From: Mobula hypostoma
Lineage: Eukaryota
Assembly (NCBI RefSeq): GCF_963921235.1
Contig: NC_086097.1
Coordinates: forward strand, 120,964,001 to 121,028,000
Direction: 5' to 3'
DNA length: 64,000 nt
Shown here: positions 25,177-38,779 of the stretch, piece after piece
Numbering within the stretch: position 1 is the first letter of the stretch
Layout of the letters: each line of letters opens with the position of its first letter
Notes under the pieces: model-generated
The model's input: the letters and a program-made list of their open reading frames with translations, nothing else
What the model was told of the DNA's origin: nothing
Databases searched by the model: none
Made by a program: the position numbers and the translations under genes

Positions 25177-27135
25177 AGAGAGGGCATTCAGTGATGGAAA
25201 TAAGGAGGAGCTGAGGGCAATACAGAGGGACATGAAAGCCAGGATCAGGGAGGCTAAAGACAGGTACAGGAGGAAGCTTGAGTGGAAACTCCAGCAGAAC
25301 AACATGAGAGAGGTCTGGAGGGGGATGAGGACCATCACTGGGTTCCGGCAAACTAGCAACAGAGGAGCTGAAGGCAGTGTGGACAGGGCCAATGAACTTA
25401 ACCTGTTCTTTAACAGATTTGACATTGTGACCCCTGCCCATCCCCCACATGAGCCATCTGTTGTCGTCCCACAACCAACACATATTCCACTCTCCCCTCC
25501 CTTCACAGTCCCCCACCCTGCTCTCATGACTATACCCCTTCCCCACACGAAACCACCACAGTGGGCTTCACAGCTGAACAGGTGAGAAGACAGCCGAAAT
25601 GTCTCAACCCAAGGAAGGCTGCAGGACCGGATGGTGTCAGTACCAGGGTGCTCATAGCCTGTGCCTCTCAGCTATGTGGAGTACTTCACCATGTATTCAA
25701 CATGAACCTGAGGCTCCAGAGGTTTCCTGTATTGTGGAAGACGTCCTGCCTCATCCTTGTGCTAAAGACGCCGTGCCCCAGCGGCCTCAATAACTACAAA
25801 CCGGTGGCATTGACCTCCCACATAATGAAGACCCTGGAGAGACTTGTTCTGGATCTGCTCCAGCCTATGGTCAGGCCACACTTAGATCCCCTCCAGTTCG
25901 CCTACCAGCCCCGACTAGGAGTTGAGGATGCCATCATCTACCTGCTGAACCGTGTCTACGCCCACCTGGACAAGCCAGTGAGCACTGTGAGGGTCATGTT
26001 TTTTGACTTCTCCAGTGCGTTCAACACCATCCGCCCTGCTCTGCTGGGGGACAAACTGACAGCGATGCAGGTGGATGCTTCCCTGGTATCATGGATTCTT
26101 GATTACCTGACTGGCAGACCACAGCACGTGTGCTTGCAACACTGTGTGCCCGACAGAGTGATCAGCAGCACTGGGGCTCCACAGGGGACTGTCTTGTCTC
26201 CTTTTCTATTCACCACTTATGCCTCAGACTTCAACTACGGCACAGAGTCTTGTCACCTTTAGAAGTTTTCTGATGACTCTGCTATAGTTGGATGCATCAG
26301 CAAGGGAGATGAGGTTGAGTACAGGGCTACGGTAGGAAACTTTGTCACATGGTGTGAGCAGAATTATCTGCAGCTTAATGTGAAAAAGACTAAGGAGCTG
26401 GTAGTAGACCTGAGGAGAGCTAAGGTACCGGTGACCCCTGTTTCCATGCAGGGGGTCAGTGTGGACATGGTGGAGGATTACAAATACCTGGGGATACGAA
26501 TTGACAATAAACTGGACTGGTCAAAGAACACTGAGGCTGTCTACAAGAAGGGTCAGAGCCGTCTCTATTTCCTGAGGAGACTGAGGTCCTTTAACATCTG
26601 CCGGATGATGCTGAGGATGTTTTACGAGTCTGTGGTGGTCAGTGCTATCACGTTTGCTGTTGTGTGCTGGGGCAGCAGGCTGAGGGTAGCAGACATCAAC
26701 AGAATCAACAAACTTATTCATAACAGCAGTGATGTTGTGGGGATGGAACTGGACTCTCTGACGGTGGTATCTGAAAAGAGGATGCTGTCCAAGTTGCATG
26801 CCATCTTGGTCAATGTCTCCCATCCACTACATAATGTACTGGTTGGGCACAGGAGTACATTCAGCCAGAGACTCATTCCTCCGAGATGCAACACAGAGCA
26901 TCATAGGAAGTCATTCCTGCTGGTGGCCATCAAACTTTACAACTCCTCCCTTGGAGGGTCAGACACCCTGAGCCAATAGGCTGGTCCTGGACTTATTTCA
27001 TAATTTACTCGCATAATTTACATATTACTATTTAATTATTTATGGTTCTATTACTATTTATTATTTATGGTGCAACTGTAACAAAAACCAATTTCCCCCG
27101 GGATCAATAAAGTATGACTATGACTATGACTATGA
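25177..27135 (+). mobile_element. Rex1/Babar LINE, 5'-truncated, inserted in the Gypsy integrase zinc finger
   Basis: KAAGPDG, DPLQFAYQ, FFDFSSAFNTI, GAPQGTVLSP, FSDD, YKYLG. Ends with AATAAAG then (TATGAC)n. Confidence 0.95.
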
Positions 27136-27744
27136 TTAAAACATGTCCATATTGTCAGTAAGTGAGAAGTGCTCCTCAACTTGCTCTTTTGCATCCATGG
27201 AAATTGTCTGAAGAACCATGGCAGAGGATTCACATAGATTTTGCGGGACCTGGAGAAGGCCACGTGTTCTTGATCGTAGTGGACACACACAGCAAATGGC
27301 CTGAGGTTGCCATCATGAAGAGCACTACATCTAAATAATGCATTGAGGAGCTAAGTTCCATCTTCAGCTCACAACTCCCGACTGAAGATTTCAAGGCATT
27401 TATGGGAGCAAACAGTATTCAACACATAAGTCAGCCTCTAATGGTCTTGCTGAATGATTCATACATACAATGAAACAAGGCCCTCAGGACTTCAGTGGGA
27501 AATGGACCCCTCAACCCGTGTCTTAGCACTTTCTTGCTGACATACCGCAACACACCTCATGTCACCACCAAAATGGCTCCAGCCACTGCACAGATGAAAA
27601 GACAGCCTGGCACTCAGCTTGACTTGCTTAGACCCCCAAACACAAAACAGATTGTGCTAAATGAACAGAAAATCTAAACAGAAAGATGTGCTGAAGCTTA
27701 GTACAGAAGATTCACAGCAGGAGAGAGAATACTTCAATGCTCAA

Positions 27745-28340
27745 ACTAACTTTATTATCGAAGTTCATATGCAGCCCTGAGATTCTTTTTCTTAAGGGCA
27801 TGCTCATTAAATCCAAGAACCATAATAGAATCAATGAAAGACTACACCCAGCAAGGTGGACAAGCAACCAGTGTGCAAAAGGCAACAAAAGAGAAAGAAA
27901 ATAATAAAACAAATAAATAAGCAATAAAGATCAAGAATGTAAGATGAAGAGTCCTTGAAAGTTAGTCCATAGGTTGTGGGAACAGTTCAGTGATGGGACG
28001 AGTGATGTTGAATGAAGTTATCCCCACTGATTCAGGAGCCTGATGGTTGAAGCATAGTAACTGTTCCTGAACCTGGTGTTGCGAGTCCTGAGGCTCCTGT
28101 ACATTTTTCGTGATAGCAGAAGTGAGAAGAGAACATGATCTGGGTGGTGAGCATCCCTGATAGTCAATGCTCCTCTCCTGTGACAGCACTCCGTGTAGAT
28201 GTGCTCAATGGAGGGGAGGGCTTTACCCATGTTTGACTGGGCCATATCCACTACCTTTTGTATGATTTTCTGTTTAAGGACATTGATGTTTCCATACCAG
28301 GCTGTGTTGCAACCAATCTATATACTTTCCATCACAACTG
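27745..28340 (-). mobile_element. Rex1/Babar-type LINE 3' end
   Basis: ORF 28018-28251 reads HHPDHVLFSLL.S...YRS...RFRNSYY.STIRLLN. Confidence 0.75.
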
Positions 28341-28654
28341 CATCTCTGGATCAAAGTGGTTATTTGCCTAACCCTAATACATGGTGGCACAAACTGGTCC
28401 TGTGCAATACATAGTGGTCACTAGTGACCACAACATCCAGAGAAGGCATTTTCTTAGCTGTTGCCCACTTTTGAAAACCAACACAAACTGACCAAACCAG
28501 ATCTAGTTGGAGAAATGGAACGGGATTCTGAGACAATGACTGCAGATCCTCCATGAAGATCAAATGACACAGCCAATGCTCCTCCATTACCTGGGCTTTC
28601 TCAGGAGCCCTCTACTGACAATGCAGTACCCAAGCCCAGGTCTATACATACGAC

Positions 28655-29586
28655 ACGAAGAGATAACTGGCAGGGATGATAGCAGAGCACCAATGGCTGG
28701 AATTTCTGGAAGCAATTCAGAAGGCACAGAATATATACATTCCAAAGAGGAAGAAGTATTTTAAAGGCATGATGACACAACCGTGGCTAGCAAGGCAAAT
28801 CAAACCCATTATAAAAGCCAAACAGAGGGCATATAATAGAGCAAAATTTAGTGGGAAGTTTGAGGATTTGGGAAGCTTTCAAATACAAACAGAAGGCAAC
28901 TAAAATAGTCATTAAGAAGGTAAAGATGGAATACAAAAGTAAGCTAGCCAATGATATTAAAGAGGAACCAAAAGTTTCTTCAGATACATGAAGTATAAAA
29001 GGGAGGTGAGAGTGGATATTGGACCACTGGAAACAATGTTGGAGAGGTGGTAATGGGGGACAACAAAATAGCAGATGAACTGAGTAAGTAGTTTACATCA
29101 GTCTTCACAGTGGAAGACACTAGCAGTCTGGTGGAAGTTCCAGGTGTCGGGGGGCATGAAGTATGTGAAGTTACCATTACTAAGGAGAATGTTCTAGGGA
29201 AAATGAAATGTCTAAAGGTAGAAAAGTCACCTATACTAGATGATGTACACCCCATGGTTCTGAAAGATGTGGTGAAGAGGTTGTGGAGGCATTAGTAATG
29301 ATCTTTCATGAATCACTAGATTCTAGAATGGTCCAGAAGACTGGAAAATTGCAAGTGTCCCTCCACTCTTCAAGAAGGGAGAAAGGGCGCAGAAAGGAAA
29401 TTATAGGCCAGTTAGTCTGATCTCAGTGGTGGGAAGATGTTGGAGTCGATTGTTAAAAATGTGGTTTTGGGGTACTTGAAGGCACATGATAAAATAGGCC
29501 ATAGTCAGCATGGTTTCCTCGAGGGAATATCTTGCCTGACAAATCTGTTGGAATTGTTTGAAGAAATGACAAGCAGGATAGACAAA
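28655..29586 (+). mobile_element. Older, decayed CR1 ORF2 segment
   Basis: PWL, SVFT.ED, KSP..D.VHP.VLK, NYRPVSL and SQHGF..G.SCLTNLLE with several frameshifts. Confidence 0.85.
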
Positions 29587-30740
29587 GTGTGCAAACTTAA
29601 AGCACACGGTATTGGGGGTAAGGTATTGGTGTGGGTGGAGAATTGGTTAGCAGACAGGAAGCAAAGAGTGGGAATAAACGGGACCTTTTCAGAATGGCAG
29701 GCGGTGACTAGTGGGGTACCGCAAGGCTCTGTGCTGGGACCCCAGTTGTTTACAATATATATTAATGACTTGGATGAGGGAATTAAATGCAGCATCTCCA
29801 AGTTTGCGGATCACACGAAGCTGGGTGGCAGTGTTAGCAGTGAGGAGGATGCTAAGAGGATGCAGGGTGACTTGGATAGGTTGGGTGAGTGGGCAAATTC
29901 ATGGCAGATGCAATTTAATGTGGATAAGTGTGAAGTTATCCACTTTGGTGGCAAAAATAGGAAAACATATTATTATCTGAATGGTGGCCGATTAGGAAAA
30001 GGGGAGGTACAACGAGACCTGGGTGTCATTATACACCAGTCATTGAAAGTGGGCATGAAGGTACAGCAGGCGGTGAAAAAGGCGAATGGTATTCTGGCAT
30101 TTATAGCGAGAGGATTCGAGTACTGGAGCAGGGAGGTACTACTGCAGTTGTACAAGGCCTTGGTGAGACAACACCTGGAGTATTGTGTGCAGTTTTGGTC
30201 CCGTAATCTGAGAAAAGACATCCTTACCATAGAGGGAGTACAAAGAAGGTTCACCAGATTGATTCCTGGGATGGCAGGACTTTCATATGAAGAAAGACTG
30301 GATGAACTGGGCTTGTACTCGTTGGAATTTAGAAGATTGAGAGAGGATCTGATTGAAACGTATAAGATCCTAAAGGGATTGGACAGGCTAGATGCAGGAA
30401 GATTGTTCCCGATGTTGGGGAAGTCCAGAACGAGGGGCCACAGTTTGAGGATAGAGGGGAAGCCTTTTAGGACCGAGATTAGGAAAAACTTCTTCACACA
30501 GAGAGTGGTGAATCTGTGGAATTCTCTGCCACAGGAAACAGTTGAGGCCAGTTCATTGGCTATATTTAAGAGGGAGTTAGATATGGCCCTTGTGGCTAAA
30601 GGGATCAGGGGGTATGGAGGGAAGGCTGGTGCAGGGTTCTGAGTTGGATGATCAGCCATGATGATAATAAATGGCGGTGCAGGCTCGAAGGGCTGAATGG
30701 CCTACTCCTGCACCTATTTTCTATGTTTCTATGTTTCTAT
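29587..30740 (+). mobile_element. CR1 subfamily A 3' part, joined in frame to the older CR1
   Basis: Near-identical to 7945-9093 from GTGTGCAAACTTAAAGC onward. FADD reads FADH. Tail (TTTCTATG)n. Confidence 0.95.
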
Positions 30741-30959
30741 AGGGAGGAACTCATTATGTATTCATGTATATTTTAATCCTTATGGGTTGCTCAAGCTTCC
30801 CCATATATTACATGCTGAATATAATGTGAAAGGGCATTCAGGTAAGAAAACTTACAAATAAAATAAACAGTAGCACATTTTTTCCATACCTCTCCATCTC
30901 TTGTGTGTGTTATTCACAGCCACCCAGCTTCTGAGCAATACATAACAGCAATAATTAGA

Positions 30960-31360
30960 AGAGGGCATTTCCTGGGTGTGGGGTCATTTATAAAAGCTGC
31001 CAACTTTTTGAGGCATTGTCCCTTGAAGATGTCCTCGGTGGTGGTGAGGCTGGTGCTCATGATGGAGTTGGCTGAGTTTGCAACACTCTGCAGCTTTTTC
31101 AGATCCTATGCAGTGGCCCCCTTGCTCACCAAACAGTGATGCAACCAGTCAGAATGTTCTCCACTGTACACTGGTAGAAATTTGCTAGAGTTCTTGGTGA
31201 CATACCAAGTATCCTCAAACCCCTAATGAAATACAGCCTCTGATGTGCCTTCTTTATAATTGCTTTTGTTTGCTTGACCCAGGATAGATCTTCAGAGATG
31301 TTGGCACCCAGGAACTTGGAGTGGCTCATCCTTTCCATTGCTGAACCCTTGATAAGATTG
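30960..31360 (-). mobile_element. Degenerate Rex1/Babar-type LINE fragment
   Basis: Encodes KFLG.NISEDLSW...KKAHQRLYF.R.L...FY.CTVENILTGCITVW. Confidence 0.8.
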
Positions 31361-32094
31361 TTGTGTGTTTCCTCAACTTCCCAAGGTTCTAACCAGCTTG
31401 GTGAAATTAATGGTCCCACCAAGAAGTGGGTTTTTGGTCCATCTCTTCTTAATGATGATATGGAAGCGCACTGGTTCATCCGTTGGCATTAGGTTGGTAG
31501 GATTGGGTGGCATGGAATCAACAAATCATTTCCTCCTTTGTGCTGGTCCATTACAATGAGACTTCATAGGATCCAACCCCTTCATGAGATAAACAATCCC
31601 AGAACCTCTTCCGTCTATAGGTCACCATCAGGGCACTACTTCTTGTGCGTCTGTCCTGAGGCCAGAACAGGACACAGGCAGAGATAAACTTGTACGTTTC
31701 TGGGTTCATGGCTCTGTCAGCTCATTGCATGGCTAGGCTTTGATCACATTTACCACATATGCATATATTGGGTTAGGTCAATCTGAGCCAACTTGCTGCC
31801 TGGACCTGGTGCTCACACTATCGAATATTCCATTTAATGCGTATCAGGGGTCAAGCAGGCTGTGTTTGCCATAATATAACCACATTGTGACACTGAGAAA
31901 ACTAACCACTAGACTCAATACTTGGCAGAAACATTGGTTTACACAGTTTTATGGGTAGTTCACTAACTTGGCAGGGAGTAGGTTACGCTTAGCACATTTG
32001 TCCATTTGTAATATAAACTGTCAACTAATCTGCCCCAGGACAGAAAATACTGCAGCATGCAATAAGTGCTTTGTCACATTTCAAATTGTGAACA

Positions 32095-33100
32095 ATAGGA
32101 CGTAGAATGTTACAGGATAGGAACAGGCATTTCAACCCACAATATTGTGCTGAACTAATTACATTAATAATCAGATGCCCAACTAAGCCAATCCCTGACT
32201 ACACAATGTCCATAATCCTTCCATTTCCTGCACATCCATGTGCCTATCTAAGAGCCTCTTGGACAACTCTACTGAAATATCCAAAACAGTGCATTCCAGG
32301 CACACACCTGCTCGTCTCATCTGAAATTACCCCCTCTCACCTTACGTGCACACCCTTTGGTATTAGACATTTTAACTCTGGGGAAAGTACTGGCTGTCCA
32401 CTCTATGCCTCATATAAACTTATAAACCCTGATCAGATCACCCCTCAGCCTTCACTACTCTAGAGAAAACAACTCAAATTTGTCTGACCTCTCCTGAAAG
32501 CACATGCCTTCTAATCCAGGCAGCATCCCAATAAATCTCTTCTGCACCTTATCCAAAGCCCTAATATGCCTCCTATTCCTATAATGGGGTAACCAGAACT
32601 CTAGATGCAGCCTAACTGGAGTTTTATAAAACTGCAACACAACTTCTTGACTCTGAATATATATGACTCATGAATTTAGTTCCTCAACTAATAAAGGCGA
32701 GCATGCTATATGCCCCCTTTATCATCCTATCAACCTGTGTAGCCACTTTTAGGGAGCTATGGATTGGATCTCAAGATCTCCCTGCCCATCAACACTGCTA
32801 AGGCTCTTGTCATTAACAGGCTAATGTCTCTTTACATTTGATTTCACAAAGTTCAAAACTTCACATTTGGCAGGTAAAAATCCATCTACCATTTCTCTGC
32901 ACATACCTACAACAGGTCTATACCTCGCTGTATTCTTTGGCTGGTCTTCTACATAGTCCGCCGCACACTTCAAATCATCTATAAACTTACTAACCCAGCC
33001 CTCCACACTTTCATCTAGGTCATTTATGTGCAGTATATCACAAATAGCAGAGGTCCCCGAACAGATCCCTATGGGCCACCATGAGTCACAGACCTCCAGC
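32095..33100 (-). mobile_element. Degenerate CR1 3' part
   Basis: Encodes VEGWVSKFIDD, KCEVL.F and VQKRF..MLPGLE. Confidence 0.8.
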
Positions 33101-34642
33101 TGGAATAAAATTATAAGACCATAAGATGTAGGAGCAGAATTAGGCTACTCAGCCTACTGAGTCTGTCCTGCCATTCTATCATAGCTGATTTATTATCCCT
33201 CTCAATCCACTTCTCTTGCTTTCTACCCTTAACTTTTTGACAGCCTCACCAATCAAGAACTTAATATATATAGCCCAATATAGCCAATTAGGCCTCCACA
33301 GCGGTCTGTGGCAGACCCCATCAACCATAACCTTAAAGAAATGGATTAAGAAATAATATTCAAACAATGAGATAAATCAAAGTGAAAACTTACTGGAGTT
33401 TTTTCCTCAGAACAAGTGAGTTCACCAAATACATGACATGCCTCATTACATATATGCAGTGGGAGACAAAATCCTGGGGATCTGCCATGCAATTTTTCCA
33501 TTTCTACTTTTTCAGTACTAGAAATCTGATAATAATACTTTGAACAGGGTATGAATGTCCAGCTGTTCGCTTTGGCAGCTCTAAGATTTAGATATTCCCA
33601 AAAGCAAAGACAGGGCCTGATAAGTACAAGAAAATTTGTAAACCCCCTGAGATCATCAAGTAAATACACAGATATTCCCTGCAGCCCCTGCCCACGCCCA
33701 AGAAGGACATGCCAGACCCCAGCATTCTAGTCAACAATGAAGTCTTTTCCTTCAAATGAAGCAGAAAATTCTTGTGGTAAAAATGCCAGAGAAATGATGT
33801 TAACTCTGTGTAGAACTGAATTAGAGCACACTTAGAGTACTGTGCTGTACGTGGTTATATACACTTGGAGTACTATACTGTACATGGTTATGTTCTTTAT
33901 GTTACATAGCGAATATTAAGGTAGTGCAATCACTCAAGTTGAGTAAGTTGAGTATGATGTTATTGTCCAATAAGTGTTATTTACTTAATGAAGAACGCCT
34001 GTGCGTGACTTTGTTTAAAGTGGGGAGGCTGCTTCATGGAAACCACCACATCATCCATGACAGATCTGGGTCAGGATCGAGTGGTGTGGATTGCAAGACG
34101 ATTGTGGACACTTCACTGCTGCAGCCTTCCTCCACCTTCACTGACATTGCGATTTGTCAGCACCTTCTGCCTGCCCCACCATTTTCATTGAGGTCTTGGA
34201 TGGATCGCTCTTTGTCTGGACCCTCTCCTTTAAACTTACCACCAAGGGTAACCCTCCTAGGAGCTAAGCTTTAGATAGTATCACACTTGGGATCGTAGGA
34301 ACTCAGAGGACTGCACCACAATTCCTCAGAGAAGGAATTAAAGTAACAGGTGATCGAGGAAGAATGATCATCCTAATTCACCATATACATTGGCGGAAGA
34401 TGATGGGGCATCACAACAGCAGTGAAGGAGTCCCCTGACATCTTGCTTCCATGCCACTGTACCCTGACCCTGATCTGTCAAGGAGCTGTGTATCAGCCAC
34501 CCCATGTGAAACAAAATCATGCACGGGTGTTTTCCATTAAGGGAATCCATCCTAACACCCCAGATGACAACCCCATTACACTCGACTGACATATATACAT
34601 GTATTCAGAACTTCTTTCAGTGTGTTGGTCAGAGGGCGACAT

Positions 34643-35061
34643 TGTGATGTGGAATCAGGTCTGTGGGTTCGTTGAGTGGGGACAGAAGACACTCACTACC
34701 AGTAAGTAGTTGACTGTTTATTTACAGGACAAGACAGATACTAAACTTTTGGTAAACCTAGTTACACCCAGTTACAAATACTTACGTATCTAAAGTGTGT
34801 ACTCGGGCCCTCTCTCACTGTTCCTGCGGTACCAGTCATGGCCTAGTCTGTCAGTGAGCCTGCAAAGTGAAAAGAGAAAAAGACCGAGTGCATTCAGCAC
34901 ACTAGATTTATATTTTATTGGATCCGTGACATTATCAGCTGGTGCCAACAGGCAGCCAATGGAAATGCTGCAATACTCCTCAAACAGGCCGGTCCCAAGC
35001 TAGAAAGGGAAAGCTACAAGTAGCTTTTGATGAACAGGAAAGATTGACACTTATTGCAACA
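34643..35061 (-). mobile_element. Solo LTR (419 bp)
   Basis: TG...CA ends. TSD GACAT/GACCT. Minus-strand TATAAA (about 34907) and AATAAA (about 34716). Removing it restores the host repeat seen at about 3510. Confidence 0.75.
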
Positions 35062-35544
35062 GACCTGCAACAAAAAAAAATCATTCAACAATTATAAAGA
35101 CAAAGAATTAAATAAAAATAAAGTTAGAGGTTAAAATCTGATATATTGAATAAAATGTGCGTAAATACACACATATTACGTGTATTTACCATGGACACAG
35201 CATTATAAAACAAATGGTTTAAATTGTTTATAGTGCAGTGTTGGGCGCAATAGGTAGTGAGTGCTGGGTGGGGGAGAGGGGCGTCTAATAAGAATGGTTT
35301 ATCAGATAAAAAGAGAAACCATAATAAAGAATTCAACCAATACTGAGAGGTTACGTGACAGAGAAAAACTGAAAGGATCCTCAAAATAAAGAGGGCTTTT
35401 GTTGGCTGCATAATGAAGGCCTCTTTCGACCTATCACTTCATAATATGGGACATGATTTGAAGACAGCCAGTAAATAGCCAAATGAAGAAATTGAGTTAG
35501 CTTCTGAGAGTACTGATTGAATTCTGACTTCCGACATTGTCTGC

Positions 35545-35795
35545 CTCAGGATTGCACATTGGTGCTCTGATCACGTGGGTTTGTCTGCCTCAGGGAGTTA
35601 CAATCTCCTCCAAAGGTATTCCAGTTGGTAGGTTAATTAGACACTGTAAATTTCCTGTAGTGAGGGTATGTGGTAGAATCAGAGTGGAGTTAATAAAAAT
35701 GTAGCCAGAATAAAATGAGATTACTGTAGAATTAGTGCAAAGGCTACTTGATGTTCAGCATGGACCCGGTGAGTTAAAGGTCCTGCTTCTGTGTT
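35545..35795 (+). mobile_element. Degenerate V-SINE
   Basis: CGTGGGTTT...GGTAGGTTAATTAG.CACTGTAAATT plus a CR1-like tail. Confidence 0.5.
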
Positions 35796-36648
35796 GTTTG
35801 AAAGAGGTATAGGAGACTTAAGTCCCACAACACCAAGTTCAGGAAAAGTTATTACCCTTCAACCAAGAGGCTCCCGAGCCAGAGTGGATAACTTCACTCA
35901 CCTCAACGCTGAACTGATTCCACAGCCTATGCAGTCTCTTGCAGCAACTTTACAGCAATGTTTCAATGTTATTAATTTATTTAAATATCTATTTATTTAT
36001 TCTCAGCTCAAGATGGTAAAATCTGAAGTACAGGCATAGCTATTCCTCATTTGCTTGGAACTTTCAGGTTATTTGAGTACTGTGGCCTCCTGAATATTTA
36101 CATAATTATTGCTGTGCAGGCCTAATTGTTTTATCCAACTGTGTAGGGGATGAGACCATTTGTAGTTATTACCAATGGGACAATAATCCTTCAATTGCTC
36201 CCTTTACAATCTGATCATGTCCAATAGTCTTTCAACTTCCTCTTATAATTCAGCAGATTTCTGGTGTTTTCCACTTATTGATTTCTGCATCTTTGGAATG
36301 GCTACTTCTATTAACTAAGTTGTTCTTGCAAGTTTATCTTATAATATTATATCTGGACAGTTATTATGGATTGTCCTAACTGTAATAATGGATCAGTAGT
36401 AATATAATTTGCTGAACTCTGACACTAAAACTAGATTAGACTTGTATTTATTGTATTTTTGTGCCTGTGCAAGTAATCAGATTGACCTAAACTGCTGCAG
36501 GATCTTGTAATGTGTTGGATCGTTTCTTGTTTCTCTTGCCATTTTCTGCATTAATCATCTTGAACTTGTTGGTCTTCCATGATGTATTTTTGATTTTTTT
36601 GTATGTTAACCACCTGCTCCTATATTGCCACAAGTAACATCTCTGTTT

Positions 36649-37019
36649 TTTGGCCTTTCCAAACTTATTCTATTCCTTTTTAATGTATGTTGAGACGGGC
36701 GGAGTCGACGACACTAATGGTTCCTTTTTTTTTGATGTTATATAACAGCCCATGTCTTTTTTTTCTTAGTTTAGTTGATTAACACTGTTTAGGTTAGTTT
36801 TTCTTTTGGGGTATATTTTTTTCCCTTTTCATGTTTTTTTTTTCTATTTTTTTGTATATTACATTTGCATCCTGTATGTTTGGGAGGTTTAATACTCATG
36901 TGTCAACTGGGTTTATATTTAACCATGTTAATCATAACAATGTAATCCCAACAACTTTGTATCAATACTATGGTATGTTTATTATTATGAAATTAATAAA
37001 AAGATTGAAAAAGGAAGAG
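36649..37019 (+). mobile_element. L1-like 3' UTR fragment inserted in the R4 element
   Basis: T-rich 3' UTR ending AATAAAAAGATTGAAAAAGG. About 16-bp TSD AGTAAC(AT/TC)CTCTGTTT at 36633 and 37020. Confidence 0.7.
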
Positions 37020-37246
37020 AGTAACTCCTCTGTTTCTAGGAAGAGGTCTCCAACTCTGAACCAGGCATTCGACACTTCCTTGTCAACACCTAGTCTGCAC
37101 AGATCATGGGAATGTCTTTCATGGAGGGTCATACTCTTCCATTGGTTAAAATTTTCTTCTGCAGTGATAATTACTTCTTTTTTCTGAGTTGTAATTTCAT
37201 TTTAGTTTAGTGGTGTGTACTTCTTATCAGAATTGCATATGCTAGC

Positions 37247-38779
37247 AACAGGAATTCTGCAGATGCTGGAAATTCAAGCAGCACACATCAAAGTTGCTGG
37301 TGAACGCAGCAGGCCAGGCAGCATCTCTCGGAAGAGGTACAGTTGATGTTTCAGGCCGAGACCCTTCGTCAGGACTAACTGAAGGAAGAGTTAGTAAGAG
37401 ATTTGAAAGTGGGAGGGGGAGGGGGAGATCCAAAATGATAGGAGAAGACAGGAGGGGGAGGGATGGAGCCAAGAGCTGGACAGGTGATTGGCAAAGGGGA
37501 TACAAGAGGATCATGGGACAGAAGGCCCGGGGAGAAGGAAAAGTGGAGGTGGGGAAACCCACAGGATGGGCAAGGGGTATAGTCAGAGGGACAGAGGGAG
37601 AAAAAGGAGAGTGAGAGAAAGAATGTGTGTATAAAAATAAATAACGGATGGGGTACGAGGGGGAGGTGGAGCATTAGCGGAAGTTAGAGAAGTCAATGTT
37701 CATGCCATCAGGTTGGAGGCTACCCAGACGGAATATAAGGTGTTCCTCCAACTTGAGTGTGGCTTCATCTTTACAGTAGGGGAGGCCATGGATAGACATG
37801 TCAGAATGGGAATGGGATGTGGAATTAAAATGTGTGGCCACTGGGAGATCCTGCTTTCTCTGGTGGACAGAGTGTAGGTGTTCAGCAAAGCGGTCTCCCA
37901 GTCTGCGTCGGGTCTCGCCAACATATAGAAGGCCACATCGGGAGCACCGGACGCAGTATATCACCCCAGCCGACTCACAGGTGAAGTGTCGCCTCACCTG
38001 GAAGGACTGTCTGGGGCCCTGAATGGTGGAAAGGGAGGAAGTGTAAGGGCATGTGTAGCACTTGTTCCACTTACAAGGATAAGTGCCAGGAGGGAGATCA
38101 GTGGGGAGGGATGGGGGGGACGAATGTACAAGGGAGTCACGTAGGGAGCGATCCCTGCGGAAAGCAGAGAGAAGGGGGGAGGGAAAGATGTGCTTAGTGG
38201 TGGGATCCTGTTGGAGGTGGCGGAAGTTATGGAGAATAATATGTTGGACCCGGAGGCTGGTGGGGTGGTAAGTGAGGACCACGGGAACCCTATTCCTAGT
38301 GGGGTGGCAGGAGGATGGAGTGAGAGCAGATGTATGTGAAGTGGGGGAGATGCGTTTGAGAACAGAGTTGATAGTGGAGGAAGGGAAGCCCCTTTCTTTA
38401 AAAAAGGAGGACATCTCCCTCGTCCTAGAATGAAAAGCCTCATCCTGAGAACAGATGCGGCAGAAACGGAGGAATTGCGAGAAGGGGATGGCGTTTTTGC
38501 AAGAGACAGGGTGAGAAGAGGAATAGTCCAGATAGCTGTGAGAGTCAGTAGGCTTATAGTAGACATCAGTGGATAAGCTGTCTCAAGAGACAGAGACAGA
38601 AAGATCCAGAAAGGGGAGGGAGGTGTCGGAAATGGACCAGGTAAACTTGAGGGCAGGGTGAAAGTTGGAGGCAAAGTTAATAAAGTCAACGAGCTCAGCA
38701 TGCGTGCAGGAAGCAGCGCCAATGCAGTCATCGATGTAGCGAAGGATAAGTGGGGACAGATACCAGAATAGATTGTATA
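37247..38779 (-). mobile_element. Penelope-like retroelement (RT C-terminus, GIY-YIG endonuclease, pseudo-LTR), 5'-truncated
   Basis: LRYIDD, LKFT and LPFLD (38583-38783). GVIYCVRCSRCGLLYVGET...RFAEH (37674-38414). 12-bp TSD GCATATGCTAGC at 37235-37246 and 38780-38791. Confidence 0.95.
37341..37376 (-). ncRNA. Hammerhead ribozyme motif, CpG-decayed variant
   Basis: Minus strand reads AGTC-CTGACGA-AGGGTCTCGGCCT-GAAAC-ATC-AACT. Confidence 0.65.

Larger units (their letters stand above)
22270..27730 (+). mobile_element. Decayed Gypsy (Mag-like) internal region gag-pro-RT-RH-IN, LTRs not seen
   Basis: Gag knuckle HCRS.GKMGH (about 22495). Protease MQLDMGAAES (23230). RT CGDFK and CYLDG (23730-24020). 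RNaseH FASRSL and TDH (24520-24655). Integrase SYFWWP..D..IE // KTCPYCQ, PWQRIHIDFAGP (25140, 27140-27250). Confidence 0.9.

Noticed and set aside
29973..30659. Long antisense ORFs over CR1, Rex1 and Penelope copies (also 7908-8312, 37994-38731, 49289-49948)
   Set aside because: Shadow or alternative frames of retroelement coding sequence, recurring in each copy, with no independent domain signal.
31360..32010. Possible additional element between LINE fragments (similarly about 33930-34610)
   Set aside because: It looks repeat-like, but I could not establish termini, a TSD or coding motifs, so it is left unannotated.
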